64,000 nt of DNA from Porphyridium purpureum (lineage: Eukaryota). The notes beneath the pieces are model-generated. The model ran no database searches and was not told the DNA's origin. It saw only the letters and a program-made list of their open reading frames with translations. The position numbers and the translations under genes were made by a program. Of the stretch, positions 50,270 to 61,223 are shown in pieces (the first letter of the stretch is position 1; every line of letters starts with the position of its first letter). The stretch lies in contig VRMN01000002.1 of assembly GCA_008690995.1 (NCBI GenBank), positions 1,488,001-1,552,000 on the forward strand. The letters are read 5' to 3'.

Positions 50270-51820
50270 CTAAACATTTTGCATTGACTGAACGAAACGG
50301 CGCATTGCGCTCTTGTGTCGAAGCATCTTCCGGCCGAGCCGAAGATACGTAAAGCCATCGTGCATGCCTCGGGCCATCTTGTAAAATTTGCGGATTTGAT
50401 AGTGATCCCTCCACGCATATCCCTCGATCGCATTTTCGCCCGCCACAACCACTCCGTGCGCTCGGCACACGCGGAGAACATGTCGAACCAAATTCTCGGG
50501 GTCGCACCGCGCGCCTGAAGGCTGCCGTCGGTTCAGCATTTCTAGGCACGTAAAGTTGAAAATGGGCGGCTCGAACGCTGGATACGCTTCGCGCAGTGCG
50601 GCCAGACTACTCGCCACGCGTGCGTAGAAATCGTACGAATCACTCACGTAGTATCCCGCGCAAGCCTCTGCCGGCTTGCACCTTGTATTGTGGTACCAGT
50701 GAACGCCTGAAATTTTGATGGAAAGGCGCGGTGGATTCGAGCTGAATGGCAACGCGGAAATTTCCTTGTAGCAAGCTCCCAGCACGTCGTTCATATGCTT
50801 CACAAGACACTCGCTGTACCATTCCATGAAAAACCGACCTCGCTCCGAAGAATACTGCGGCAGCTCCGACGAATGTGTTCCAAAGAATTCAGAGCTCTGC
50901 AACGTATCGTTGTACCGACACACGACGGGTTCGGCAAACAGCTCTGGCTTGCCCTGTTGTTTGACACTCTGCTGGAGCGATTGCCGCATGCGACGGTCGA
51001 AGCACTGGAAGCTCCCAATGCCTGGGAATGACCACTTGCCTTTGTGCATGCGGTAGCTCGGAAAGCGCACCTCACCACAAGGTCCACAGCCAATCTGAAT
51101 TTCTGTGACGACCGGTGCTTTGCCCATGAATGGTTCTAGCTGCACGCAAAACGCGCACACAAAGTCCGCATAGCACTGGACTGGCGTCCTACCGTGCAGA
51201 ATTGGCTCGTGGTCTGCGAGGCAACAAATGTATTCGAAGTCCTGGTCGCCTTGGTAATCCATGTACCATGCGTCCTCCCTTGTTGCACATTCGCGCACCC
51301 ACTGCGGCAGCGGAATGTATGCCGTATCGCCAACATTTCCTCCACACTGATGAAAGGACATGGTTGCCTGGATGTGCAGCCCGAGCTCCTTACACCGCTG
51401 CGCCAGTCGGAGATACTTATCGAACACATACTTGCCAGGCTGAGGCTCACACGGGCCCCACCAAACGTCGACCATAATGCCCGCCACTCCATCCATCGAT
51501 GCCAGAAACTGCAGTCCTTCTTCGACCATCTCTGCAAATCCGACCGGCTGTTCGGCATCATCCAGTCCAAACTCCAGCGGAAACATGACGTAAACTGGCA
51601 CGCTCTGCTTTGGCCCAGAAGGAACTGACGACGACCCCTTCCCGGCCATTCTGCGTGCGACACGCGCCAGCCAGCTGTGCAACGCCGGCAGCTGCAGCCA
51701 CGCCCTGGCCAGCTCCAGCCATGTTGTCACGGGCAGCGCCTGCGCAGGAACAATGGCACGGTCGCTATCATCACAGACGACTGCGTCCTTTTGCACGACC
51801 TGGCTCGCCCTAGCCCCCAT
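50270..51820 (-). CDS. Beta-amylase (GH14)
   Basis: VDVWWG, SFHQCGGNVGD, GPCGEVRFPSY, KISGVHW, NFTCLEM, AGENA; both catalytic Glu motifs present. Confidence 0.95.
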   Translation of the reverse strand: MGARASQVVQKDAVVCDDSDRAIVPAQALPVTTWLELARAWLQLPALHSWLARVARRMAGKGSSSVPSGPKQSVPVYVMFPLEFGLDDAEQPVGFAEMVEEGLQFLASMDGVAGIMVDVWWGPCEPQPGKYVFDKYLRLAQRCKELGLHIQATMSFHQCGGNVGDTAYIPLPQWVRECATREDAWYMDYQGDQDFEYICCLADHEPILHGRTPVQCYADFVCAFCVQLEPFMGKAPVVTEIQIGCGPCGEVRFPSYRMHKGKWSFPGIGSFQCFDRRMRQSLQQSVKQQGKPELFAEPVVCRYNDTLQSSEFFGTHSSELPQYSSERGRFFMEWYSECLVKHMNDVLGACYKEISALPFSSNPPRLSIKISGVHWYHNTRCKPAEACAGYYVSDSYDFYARVASSLAALREAYPAFEPPIFNFTCLEMLNRRQPSGARCDPENLVRHVLRVCRAHGVVVAGENAIEGYAWRDHYQIRKFYKMARGMHDGFTYLRLGRKMLRHKSAMRRFVQSMQNV

Positions 51821-52465
51821 ACTTGCTTCTTTGCTTCTGTTCTCTTCCTGCCTCCATCGCATCATGCAGACACACACATCCGCACCACGTTCACACCGCA
51901 GTCACCACGCTTGTCCGCTCACCGCACAAAACGATCAACGATTTACTGTACACCCACCGATTTCAAGGGTACACTTACCGCAGCACCATATCATCGAGTC
52001 TTGTGGTTTAAAGTAGATGGTTCAAAGGCCATGATAAAAAGGCGCCGTTTCACTATGGAAGAAAGTGAGGACTGAAGCCGATAAACTGTTAAACCGATTT
52101 CGGAGCAGGTTGTGTTGGTGGGGTGTGTGTGTGTGTGTGCGTGCTTCAACCTGGAAACATTGCAAGGAGGCAAGGGAGGAGGGAAGAGCGACGAAAGAAG
52201 GAAAGGCGTGGTGGTGTAGAAGTACTCATGTTGACAGCGCGAGGGTCGACGGCGTTGCATCGAAGCAGGCAGAGAAAATTCGCGTCTGGTTGTGTTGCAT
52301 GAGAGCGCGCAGAGCGGTCAGGAGTGTGTGAAAAGGGCTTGCACGTTCGTGAAAGGTAGCGCGCGACAAAAAGAGAAACACGTCGCGGAAGCCGTGGGTG
52401 GTGCTGCCGGCTGAAGGTGCGACTGGAGCGGTCAACGGTACTGTCGAAATAACAGGCGCGGAATT

Positions 52466-54481
52466 ATGGAGCAGATGATTCGGAGGAGGTTCACGTCCTG
52501 TGACGAAACCAGCACGGGGACGGAGAAGAGAGCGGAACAAACCATTTTGAATGGAGACATTTCTTACAGTCCGGATGGCGCGGCCGCTCTGTCGTCTCCA
52601 AAGAGAGCAGACGCCGCAAAGAGCGGGGAGCGAAACACCGAGGACGCCGCGCAGCGTAGTTCAGTTGTCGAGGCCGTGAGGGAAATGCTGCGCTCGTTCA
52701 AGACGGGGAATGCGGGGGTTCCCTCGCCAGCCCCCTCAACGCCGCATGGTGCGGACGCTGATGCCCACCATAATTTCAGTGAAGAGGGTTCCCTTCAGGG
52801 GATTGGTCCGCGACGCCAAAGCAGTTTGAGTTATGACTTGCTAAGCAAGTTTGAAGGAACACCGCGCGGAAACTTGCGCAGATTCCGATGGCCTTTGTTG
52901 GCCCTCATTACTTCGTTTCTGCTCTTTTACCTGATGTTGTACGCGCTTGTTCGGCTGTACATCGTCGGGTACGAACTTCTTTCGTTCCTGCTCATGGGTC
53001 AGAAACGACGGCTTCTGCTGGAGCTTAGCAGCACGTCAAGCTACTCAGAGTGGGCTAGTGTGGCGCAAGAACTAGATACTCTGGAAAAATATGACGCGTG
53101 GAAGAAAAACAATGAAAGTCCGTACTACGACTCGGCACTTGTTCTTGAACTGATCAACAAGTTGGAAGCGGCAAACGCGGAAAACAATGTGGAGAGGCTC
53201 ATGGAGACGCTAGGCAGCATCTACAATCAGAATCTCTCTGGTCTAGGCATTGACAACTCGATTTTGTACACGGAGGCAAATTTCGGGACCAAGTTTTTGA
53301 TCGATCGCTTTGTGGTGTGCGTCGTGGAGGCAACGCTCATCGTCTTTCAAAGCGAGACAATGAGTCCCTTCCAAAAGCACAAGTTTTTCCGCAAGTGCAT
53401 CCAAGCTTACGGGAAAAGCGCGCTCTGCTTATCGTCGGGCGGGTACATGGGAATGTACCATTTTGGCGTGTGCAAAGCGCTTCTCGAAGAAAAGTTGATT
53501 CCGACTGTTGTAAGTGGTTCCTCCGCCGGGGCCATGGCGGCCGCAATCATTGCGACCCGCACGGATGAGGAATTGAGGGAGTTTTTGCATCCGTCGATGC
53601 ATCAGTACTTTACTGCATGTGACGAGTCATGGGTCCGTTTTATTTTGCGATACCTATCGGTTGGAGCGGCCTTTGATACGTCTCGATTTTACGTGAAGAT
53701 GAAAGCTGTCACCTTTGGCGATATGACATTCCAGGAAGCGTATGAGAAGACGGGTCGGACCCTCGCGATCACAGTTACCAGCACGCTCAAGTATGGTGCG
53801 CCGGTGATTCTGAGTCATGTGACTGCTCCAGATGTGGTAATATGGAGCGCAGTGGTGGCCAGCTCGGCAATGCCAGGGCTCTTGAAGCCGGTGCAGCTCT
53901 TCCGAAAGCGGGCGGACGGCAGACTGGAACCGTTTTCCAGCTTTGGCATGGCGTGGTCCGACGGTGTGATCAAGAACGATATTCCCAAGGAACAGCTTTC
54001 GCAGCTGCTGAACGTGAATTGGTTCATCGTGAGCCAGACGAACCCGCATGTAGTGCCATTTATGTACCAAAGTAAGGGCTCGATTGGAGACCCCAACTTA
54101 AGACGGCGGGGCCATGGATCGGGACTTCATGGCGGCTTCTTTTTGAGCACCATGGAGGCGCTCTTGCGATTGGAAATGCGCAAGTGGATTACCCTCATTC
54201 AAGAGCTTGATTTGCTACCGCTCATTTTTGGCGTAGACTTTAGCAAATTCGTGCTGCAGCAATTCACCGGCCAGGTCACGATCGTTCCAAAACGTGGCCT
54301 CAGAATATTCCATGACTACCTGCGTATCATTCGGGACCCAGACTTTGCCGACATGGAGCAGTATCTCACGCAGGGCGCTCGCTTTACGTGGAAGGCCATC
54401 GCCATGATCCGAAACCATCTCATCTTGGAGCAAACCCTGGCCCAATGTGAGCGCGAGCTTGCCGAACGGTTAGCCGGTTAG
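52466..54481 (+). CDS. Patatin-like triacylglycerol lipase (SDP1/TGL4-like, DUF3336 plus patatin)
   Basis: TM segment; YGKSALCLSSGG, SGSSAG (GxSxG), WSDG, FIVSQTNPHV. Confidence 0.9.
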   Translation: MEQMIRRRFTSCDETSTGTEKRAEQTILNGDISYSPDGAAALSSPKRADAAKSGERNTEDAAQRSSVVEAVREMLRSFKTGNAGVPSPAPSTPHGADADAHHNFSEEGSLQGIGPRRQSSLSYDLLSKFEGTPRGNLRRFRWPLLALITSFLLFYLMLYALVRLYIVGYELLSFLLMGQKRRLLLELSSTSSYSEWASVAQELDTLEKYDAWKKNNESPYYDSALVLELINKLEAANAENNVERLMETLGSIYNQNLSGLGIDNSILYTEANFGTKFLIDRFVVCVVEATLIVFQSETMSPFQKHKFFRKCIQAYGKSALCLSSGGYMGMYHFGVCKALLEEKLIPTVVSGSSAGAMAAAIIATRTDEELREFLHPSMHQYFTACDESWVRFILRYLSVGAAFDTSRFYVKMKAVTFGDMTFQEAYEKTGRTLAITVTSTLKYGAPVILSHVTAPDVVIWSAVVASSAMPGLLKPVQLFRKRADGRLEPFSSFGMAWSDGVIKNDIPKEQLSQLLNVNWFIVSQTNPHVVPFMYQSKGSIGDPNLRRRGHGSGLHGGFFLSTMEALLRLEMRKWITLIQELDLLPLIFGVDFSKFVLQQFTGQVTIVPKRGLRIFHDYLRIIRDPDFADMEQYLTQGARFTWKAIAMIRNHLILEQTLAQCERELAERLAG

Positions 54482-54495
54482 ACAGCGTTTTATAA

Positions 54496-54504
54496 TTAGG
54501 GTTT
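54496..54504. promoter_or_regulatory. Telo-box-like motif upstream of SufE-MnmA
   Basis: TTAGGGTTT about 125 nt before the ATG. Confidence 0.4.
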
Positions 54505-54628
54505 CGGCGTAACCATTAATAACGAGGGAGCGTGCGACGGGTGTCGCCGGGCAGTGGCGCACGGCTGTTGAGCAGCGTGGAAGCTTTTCGGCGCTGCTCG
54601 GCAGGTCGCGCTATGCTCGCATACCCTC

Positions 54629-56551
54629 ATGGCGTTCCAAGTACCAGTGCTGTTGCCTTCGTCGCACATAAAGTCTCGTGAAAGCTGTAGTTCGATGTTC
54701 GTGGGCGGGGTGCGCACGTTACACGCTCGCGTGGCAGCCGCCCGCGCGCGACGGCTTGCGAACCACCATCATATTCGGTGCAGTGCCGCGCAGCAGGGCG
54801 TTCCTGCGGGACTGAAGCGGGCGGCGCAGCAGCTCTCGAATGAGCCAGACGCGCGGGCTCGATGCGCTCTACTCGTCAAATGGGCAGACGAGAACTCCCT
54901 GCCACAAGCGTCACGGTTGAAGGACATGCCGGCGTTGCACAAAAGTGCTGCGACCAGGGTGCCTGGGTGCACAAGTGTGACTTACGTCCAGGCTCGAGTG
55001 GTGGCGCCTTCTGACCCGCAAAAAGGAGAATCACGTCAGGAGATTGTTCTGTACGGCAGCTCAGATGCCAAATTGACGACCGGGCTGCTCCGCATACTTG
55101 CGGACGGCATGGCGCAGTGTTCTGTGGACGAGATACTTGCCATGGATGTTGGCGAATTTGCGCGGAGCGCTGGTCTGTTGGATGCATTGACACCGTCCAG
55201 AAATAATGGACTGCGCAATATCGTTCAGCTCATCCAGCAACAGCTTCGTGAGGAAACGCCGGATCCTAGTCAGGTTGTTCGCAATGGCCAGGCTTCGAAT
55301 ATGAAATCGGCTGTTCCATTGTCCTCTGTAGATAGTACAATGGACGATATACTGCACGGACGGTACTCGGGCGAGACGCGCGAAGAAGTCGCGGTGCTGT
55401 TGTCCGGTGGGGTCGACTCATCAGTCGCTCTGCGGCTCGTGCTAGAACAAGGCTACAAAGTGGTCCCTTTTTACTTGAAGATATGGCTCCAGGACGAGCT
55501 ATCCCATCTCAACGAATGTCCGTGGGAGGAAGATGTGGCCTATGCCACAGCAGTATGTGAGCAAGCCGGGCTTCAGTTGCATACGCTCGATTTGCAGCAC
55601 GACTACTGGGATCAGGTCGTGTCTTACACCATTTCAGAGGCGCGCGCAGGGCGGACGCCGAATCCAGACGTCATGTGCAACAGCCGCATTAAATTTGGGG
55701 TATTCCTGGATCGCGTCGGAAAGCACTTCAAACGGGTGGCGTCAGGTCATTACGCACGCATTGAGATTGATGAGACAGTCCCGGGGAAATTATTATTAAG
55801 CCGGAGCGTAGATACGCACAAGGACCAGACCTACTTTTTGGCAAACCTAACAACTGCGCAACTGTCGAAAGCTATGTTCCCCATCGGCATGTACGACAAG
55901 AACACCGTGCGCATGCTGGCGGAACGCTTTGACTTGCCGAACAAAAGCCGCAAGGATTCGCAGGGCATTTGCTTTCTGGGAAAGCTTCCGTTCGATGCCT
56001 TTCTGGAGCATTATTTGGGCACGCAGGCAGGAGCTCTTGTTGACTATGACACTGGTATTCAGCTGGGGTCGCACCGCGGCTTTTGGTTTTACACGCTGGG
56101 CCAGCGTAAAGGGATTGGACTTGCAGGAGGGCCCTGGTTCGTGGTCTCGAAGGATCCGCAGCAGAATATTGTGTACGTGAGTAACAAGTACGATGCCGAG
56201 GATAAGGAGCGCGACTCGTTTGGAGTACAGCATCTGAATTGGATCGGGCGCGCCAGCGAGGAAGCCTCATTATTGGAGACGCCAACGCAAGACCTGATAG
56301 TGAAGATCCGGCACGGCCCGAAACTGCACAAGTGTACCTTGTCCCTTGATGCGCTTGACCCGTCGCGCGGTAGCGTGAAACTTGAAGAGCGCAACAGTGG
56401 AATTGCTCCCGGGCAGTTCGCTGTCTTTTACAAGGGTCCCGTGTGTCTAGGGTCGGGGGTAATATCGACCGACCATGGCCTTGCTTCTGCGCCTCCGCAA
56501 ATTACCGGATTCGCACCAAAGAAGCTGCAGGCGCACTTCGCCGCTGACTGA
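54629..56551 (+). CDS. mnmA: SufE domain - tRNA 2-thiouridylase MnmA fusion, predicted plastid-targeted
   Basis: MAFQ transit peptide; SufE motifs RVPGCTS, GSSDA, LTPSRNNG; MnmA motifs SGGVDS, PNPDVMCN, SGHYA, KDQTYFL, DSQGICF, YTLGQRKG, PGQ. Confidence 0.93.
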   Translation: MAFQVPVLLPSSHIKSRESCSSMFVGGVRTLHARVAAARARRLANHHHIRCSAAQQGVPAGLKRAAQQLSNEPDARARCALLVKWADENSLPQASRLKDMPALHKSAATRVPGCTSVTYVQARVVAPSDPQKGESRQEIVLYGSSDAKLTTGLLRILADGMAQCSVDEILAMDVGEFARSAGLLDALTPSRNNGLRNIVQLIQQQLREETPDPSQVVRNGQASNMKSAVPLSSVDSTMDDILHGRYSGETREEVAVLLSGGVDSSVALRLVLEQGYKVVPFYLKIWLQDELSHLNECPWEEDVAYATAVCEQAGLQLHTLDLQHDYWDQVVSYTISEARAGRTPNPDVMCNSRIKFGVFLDRVGKHFKRVASGHYARIEIDETVPGKLLLSRSVDTHKDQTYFLANLTTAQLSKAMFPIGMYDKNTVRMLAERFDLPNKSRKDSQGICFLGKLPFDAFLEHYLGTQAGALVDYDTGIQLGSHRGFWFYTLGQRKGIGLAGGPWFVVSKDPQQNIVYVSNKYDAEDKERDSFGVQHLNWIGRASEEASLLETPTQDLIVKIRHGPKLHKCTLSLDALDPSRGSVKLEERNSGIAPGQFAVFYKGPVCLGSGVISTDHGLASAPPQITGFAPKKLQAHFAAD

Positions 56552-56674
56552 GGCAGATGCGCAGCGGACTGGACCTTTGTGTGTTTGCAGCTCGCGCGAG
56601 TAGAATACTGCATCAGGCGGATTTCATTTTTGTTTTGATTTTTCCTTCGCATGATTTCTGTTTTTAAAAATGGA

Positions 56675-59600
56675 CTAGATTCCCTTCGATCCGATCCTCC
56701 TCTTCTTTGACTTTTTCTTTATCGCCAGTCTGTGCTCCACGTTCACGCGTTTGATCGCTTCACGGAACGGAGCTTGGTCTCGTTCGGCAAGATCCTGCCC
56801 CCAGACATCAAGTGCTGCCATGTTGCAGCCTAGTAGCTGCTTGAGCTCATTTGTACATTTGCGAACCAGGAACGCGAGCTGCTGAAGCAGTTCGCGCTCG
56901 CCACTTGCAATAATTTGGTTCTGGTAATTTCGCACAAGAATAATAGCCATGCGTACCACCATTTCGCCGTGCAGAATGGCCGTAGCCGGGTCTCGCAAGA
57001 ACCCAACACAGTATTCTAATAGGGATCGCGCCTGCGAGTAAGACAGCAACATCAAGGCTGACTCTACTTCCGCGACTTTGATCCGGCGCAGGCTGCGCAG
57101 CACGTACTGATCTGGTTGCAAGCCAAGCAAAAGCATTGAAGGCTTATACATGGATGGATTGACGCCTTGCTCTTCTTCCTTACGTTCCTGCTCCTTTGCT
57201 GCAAGCTCCAACGCTTCCATGAGCGCCTCGCTTCCGCGCACACTTTCAAGCGTGCGCTTCACGGCCACTGAGCTCTGTCCGACGGCTTGTTGCGTTCCCG
57301 CGTCGGGCTCGTACATGATCAGAGAGTGGCGATTGGCTCTTCCGTTGTCATCATCATCCAGCGCACCGAGTGCCGGGTCTGTGAGAAGATCACGCTCGAA
57401 CATCTCGTCCAGTCGTTGCTCGCGCTCATCCTCCAAAAACATTTGCTCATCCGACCGTCGCCACACCCGGATTGCTCGGTCGCTGCTTACAGAGGCGACC
57501 ACTTCGCCGTCTGCACTGGTTGAAATGGCCCAGCACTCGCCGTGATGGCGGGTCAAATCGCAAATCAGTTCGAATCGATCACCATCCCAGTATTTGAGTC
57601 GCCCATCACGCGAGCCGCTGAAAAAGTAGTGCGTGCCGGCCTGCAAGCGCACATTCAAAACCGAGTCATCGTGTGCTCGCGCCAGGCTCTTCCGCAGATC
57701 GCCAAAGTGCATCCCCCAAATCTTGATTGTCTTGTCGGCGGACCCCGTCACCAGCATTTCACCATCTGACGAAATATCCATGCTCAGCACGGGCAGCTTG
57801 TGGCCGTAAAAGCTCACAAAAGGAGCGAGTGTGTCTGCATAGAAGGCCCGGACAGTACTATCTAGCAAGGATGCCAGAAGCATCTTCCCGTCTGGCGAGC
57901 ACCGCACGCAAAGCACTTCGTCTGTTAATTCGGCCGTGCGCTCAAGTTCCAGCAACCCCTTGCTCGATTCGTCGTCATCTCCCGCCACGTGCTTCTCAGC
58001 GCGGTCGGCATGAAAGCGCCAAAACCTGATTTTCTTGTCCGCTCCACCGGAAATCAAGGTGTAGGAGCCGGACAGATGTTGCGCTTGCTTTGGGTGCCAC
58101 ACTATGCTCCAAATGGCACCAGTGTGAGCTTGCGGAATCGAGCACACAGACTCACCTGAGCCTGTGCGAAGTACTTGGAGTGCGCCTTCCTTCGTTGCGA
58201 CAATCACCAGACTGCGTCGGTCGGGCACGAACAGACAACCAAGCGCATGGCCATCTGTGGTCATTGACCGCAGGCACTGGCCACGCGAAAGCTCAGACAA
58301 ACTCCATACTTTGAGAGTCTTTGCTGCGCTCGCCGTCACTAGGAATGACTCGTCGTGGCTCATTGCCAGCGCTCGCACGTCTCCGCGGTGTCCCATGCTG
58401 TCAAAGGAGCCTCGTTTTTCCATATTTTCAAACAGGCCGGTCTCTGCCAAAGGCACGAGAGGCAAGTCAATAATCTCCAAGCCGTTGCTGTGACAATGGA
58501 TCAGTAGCCGTGAGGACGTGAGACCTGGCGAAGAAGAAGATCCACGGCTAGAGCGGATATCTAGCACAGAGATGGCATGTACGCGAGATTTGAGACGGAC
58601 GAGACGAATCGCAGCCAATACGTCGATCGCAATCGTATTTTCTGTGTCATCTGGCGTGTACGTGCCTGCAACCATCTTGTCGCCTTTTTCTTCCTCGTCT
58701 ACTTCCTCGTCCAAAAGTAGCCGCTTGCTCGCAGACGACCCTGGTTTCTCAGTAAGCTTTCTTTTTGCGCGCTCTTTCGCGCGCCTCGCCCTGCGTTTGC
58801 GGTGGGCTTCTGCCGCCAAGACATCGCGGATGGAAAAACATTCCACACTGCGGTCCCCACCCACCACAACTAAAGTTCCAACATAGCTGGCGTCGTTTCC
58901 AGACGCATGCGTCCTTTCCATGACATCCATATCCACCACGCGCGCAGAACTCCTCCTGCGAACCAAGCCAATGAATTTTAGCAGTTCTCCTTGAGCGCTC
59001 AAGCCATCCAATCCGTTCGTATCCCTCCTTTCCATCTTGTAAACTCGCAGCTCGCTATTGATGGATCCAGACACGAGAAATGCACCATTGGCAACGATAC
59101 AGTGCGCCCAGATTTCCCCGCGGTGACCCACAATGGTCTGAACGCAAAATTGAGAGCGCGTATCAAAGACTCGCATGACGCCATCCTTGGAGGACGAAAT
59201 GAGCAAATTTTGGCCCTCGCTCCCACTGTTGCAAAAGGAAAGAGCGGTCACTGCATCTGAATGAGCTGCACGCAGGCGAAACATGCCACACTCAGCGACC
59301 ACATCCCACACAATGATGTCGCCGTCGTTCGCGCCAGAGGCCAGAACGCCGGACGCTTGATCCCACGCCAGAGCAGAAATGCCTGCATAATGGGCGTTCA
59401 AAGTCATTCTCGGTGGCGCTGAATCCATGCCGAGGGCGCTTGTATGCATGTCTGCACGGCTCTCTGACTCCAAAACATCCAAAGGCCATATCCGAATGGA
59501 GCCATCAGCGTAGCCTGCAGCTACATCACGACCTGACGGCGCCACTGCGATCGCCGTCACACTTCCAGCGCGCGCAGTGGCCTCATTCGCCAGCCGCACT

Positions 59601-59812
59601 ATTAGTGACGTTGTTTTGATATCCCAAACAAGCAACGCGTCGACCGCAGGTGTCACAACGCACTGTCTTCTCGCGCTAGTGTTTCCTTTTGCTTTTCCAC
59701 TCTCCAACGCATGATGATGGCCCACCACGGCCGCACGGCCGATCAACGAGCCAGCGCTCGCTACCACGCCGAATGTTGAGACGAGCTCGTACCGCAGATA
59801 CGCCTTCACCAT
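56675..59812 (-). CDS. UTP12: WD-repeat SSU processome protein UTP12/DIP2/WDR3
   Basis: MVKAYLRYE start, many WD40 repeats, FYGHKLPVLSMDISSD, GSADKTIKIWGMHFGD, C-terminal Utp12 domain. Confidence 0.93.
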   Translation of the reverse strand: MVKAYLRYELVSTFGVVASAGSLIGRAAVVGHHHALESGKAKGNTSARRQCVVTPAVDALLVWDIKTTSLIVRLANEATARAGSVTAIAVAPSGRDVAAGYADGSIRIWPLDVLESESRADMHTSALGMDSAPPRMTLNAHYAGISALAWDQASGVLASGANDGDIIVWDVVAECGMFRLRAAHSDAVTALSFCNSGSEGQNLLISSSKDGVMRVFDTRSQFCVQTIVGHRGEIWAHCIVANGAFLVSGSINSELRVYKMERRDTNGLDGLSAQGELLKFIGLVRRRSSARVVDMDVMERTHASGNDASYVGTLVVVGGDRSVECFSIRDVLAAEAHRKRRARRAKERAKRKLTEKPGSSASKRLLLDEEVDEEEKGDKMVAGTYTPDDTENTIAIDVLAAIRLVRLKSRVHAISVLDIRSSRGSSSSPGLTSSRLLIHCHSNGLEIIDLPLVPLAETGLFENMEKRGSFDSMGHRGDVRALAMSHDESFLVTASAAKTLKVWSLSELSRGQCLRSMTTDGHALGCLFVPDRRSLVIVATKEGALQVLRTGSGESVCSIPQAHTGAIWSIVWHPKQAQHLSGSYTLISGGADKKIRFWRFHADRAEKHVAGDDDESSKGLLELERTAELTDEVLCVRCSPDGKMLLASLLDSTVRAFYADTLAPFVSFYGHKLPVLSMDISSDGEMLVTGSADKTIKIWGMHFGDLRKSLARAHDDSVLNVRLQAGTHYFFSGSRDGRLKYWDGDRFELICDLTRHHGECWAISTSADGEVVASVSSDRAIRVWRRSDEQMFLEDEREQRLDEMFERDLLTDPALGALDDDDNGRANRHSLIMYEPDAGTQQAVGQSSVAVKRTLESVRGSEALMEALELAAKEQERKEEEQGVNPSMYKPSMLLLGLQPDQYVLRSLRRIKVAEVESALMLLSYSQARSLLEYCVGFLRDPATAILHGEMVVRMAIILVRNYQNQIIASGERELLQQLAFLVRKCTNELKQLLGCNMAALDVWGQDLAERDQAPFREAIKRVNVEHRLAIKKKSKKRRIGSKGI

Positions 59813-60009
59813 GACGATACACCACGCCTGATGTCCAGAGAACGTCGCCGTCTCTGTGTCGCTTGGTCGTGCCGCCGTCCACGCCGAGCGCTCCTTCTCT
59901 TCGATCAAAATCATCAAATGGTTCATTTTTACTATGAATACCTATCGCGGGCCGCGGACGTGCAGCTGTGAGCGCGGCACGGGGCAGCTGCTGCTGGACG
60001 TCCCTGGCG

Positions 60010-61215
60010 ATGGAGAACGGTGCTGTTGATAGCGGTGGCGGTGGTGGCAGTGAGAATGGCGCTGAGCTGGAACAGCGACGCCAGCTGCAAGACTTTGAAG
60101 ACCATGTGCTGAAGCGCTCCGTGGCTGTAGATAGTGGGACGTACTTGAGTGTGCAAGGCGTGTCGATCGACGATGGCATTTTCGCGGCAGGCTCGGTGTC
60201 GCCCGACAGAGCAAGGGAAGAGCTGTTGAGAAGGATACTGGATGGGTATGAGCGAGTCGGATTCCAAGCCACGCATTTCGCTCGTGCGTGTAAAATTGTG
60301 ACCGAGATGTTGAACTGGCGGCCGCCAGCGGCAGAAAGCACGGCCGACCCGGCCGCGCAGGACGCGCGCTGCACCATTTTCCTCGGCTTTACGTCCAATT
60401 TGGTGTCCTCTGGGCTCCGTGAATCGATTCGGTTTCTTGTGCAGCACAAACTGGTTGACGTGATCGTGAGCACGGCTGGCGGTGTGGAGGAGGATCTCAT
60501 CAAGTGCTTGGCTCCAACATATGTGGCAGATTTTAATCTTTCGGGGGTGCATCTGCGGAAGCAAGGCATGAATCGTATCGGCAATTTGCTAGTGCCAAAT
60601 GATAATTATTGCAAGTTCGAAGAGTGGTTCATGCCCATCCTCGACGAGCTGCTCGCTGAGCAACGCCTCGATGGCGAGGACAAGCACGTTTGGACGCCTT
60701 CAAGTATCATCAAGCGCTTAGGTGAACGCATCAACAACGAGTCTTCGATCGTCTATTGGGCGGCGCGAAACAACATTCCAATTTTTTGTCCAGCGCTGAC
60801 CGACGGGTCGATGGGTGATATGATTTTTTTCCACTCAATCAAATCGCCAGGCCTGGTGATTGATATCGTGCAGGACATCCACGCGATAAACAAGCGTGCC
60901 ATGAAGAGCTCATGCACAGGGTGCGTCATTCTGGGCGCTGGTTTAGTCAAGCACCACATATGCAATGCGAATTTAATGCGCAATGGCACCGACTATGCCG
61001 TATACATCAACACAAGCAACGAGTTTGACGGAAGCGATGCCGGAGCGTCACCCGATGAGGCCGTATCGTGGGGCAAACTTCGCGCAGACGCGAATATGGT
61101 CAAAGTGCACGCCGACGCCTCGCTTATTTTTCCTCTGCTCGTCGCGCAGAGCTTTTTCAGATACTGGTCAGAATCAGAGCGACCGCGCAGCAGCACAACA
61201 TCAATGAAGAACTGA
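60010..61215 (+). CDS. DHPS: Deoxyhypusine synthase
   Basis: [49 protein letters not shown] (catalytic Lys). Confidence 0.96.
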   Translation: MENGAVDSGGGGGSENGAELEQRRQLQDFEDHVLKRSVAVDSGTYLSVQGVSIDDGIFAAGSVSPDRAREELLRRILDGYERVGFQATHFARACKIVTEMLNWRPPAAESTADPAAQDARCTIFLGFTSNLVSSGLRESIRFLVQHKLVDVIVSTAGGVEEDLIKCLAPTYVADFNLSGVHLRKQGMNRIGNLLVPNDNYCKFEEWFMPILDELLAEQRLDGEDKHVWTPSSIIKRLGERINNESSIVYWAARNNIPIFCPALTDGSMGDMIFFHSIKSPGLVIDIVQDIHAINKRAMKSSCTGCVILGAGLVKHHICNANLMRNGTDYAVYINTSNEFDGSDAGASPDEAVSWGKLRADANMVKVHADASLIFPLLVAQSFFRYWSESERPRSSTTSMKN

Positions 61216-61223
61216 AACGATTT

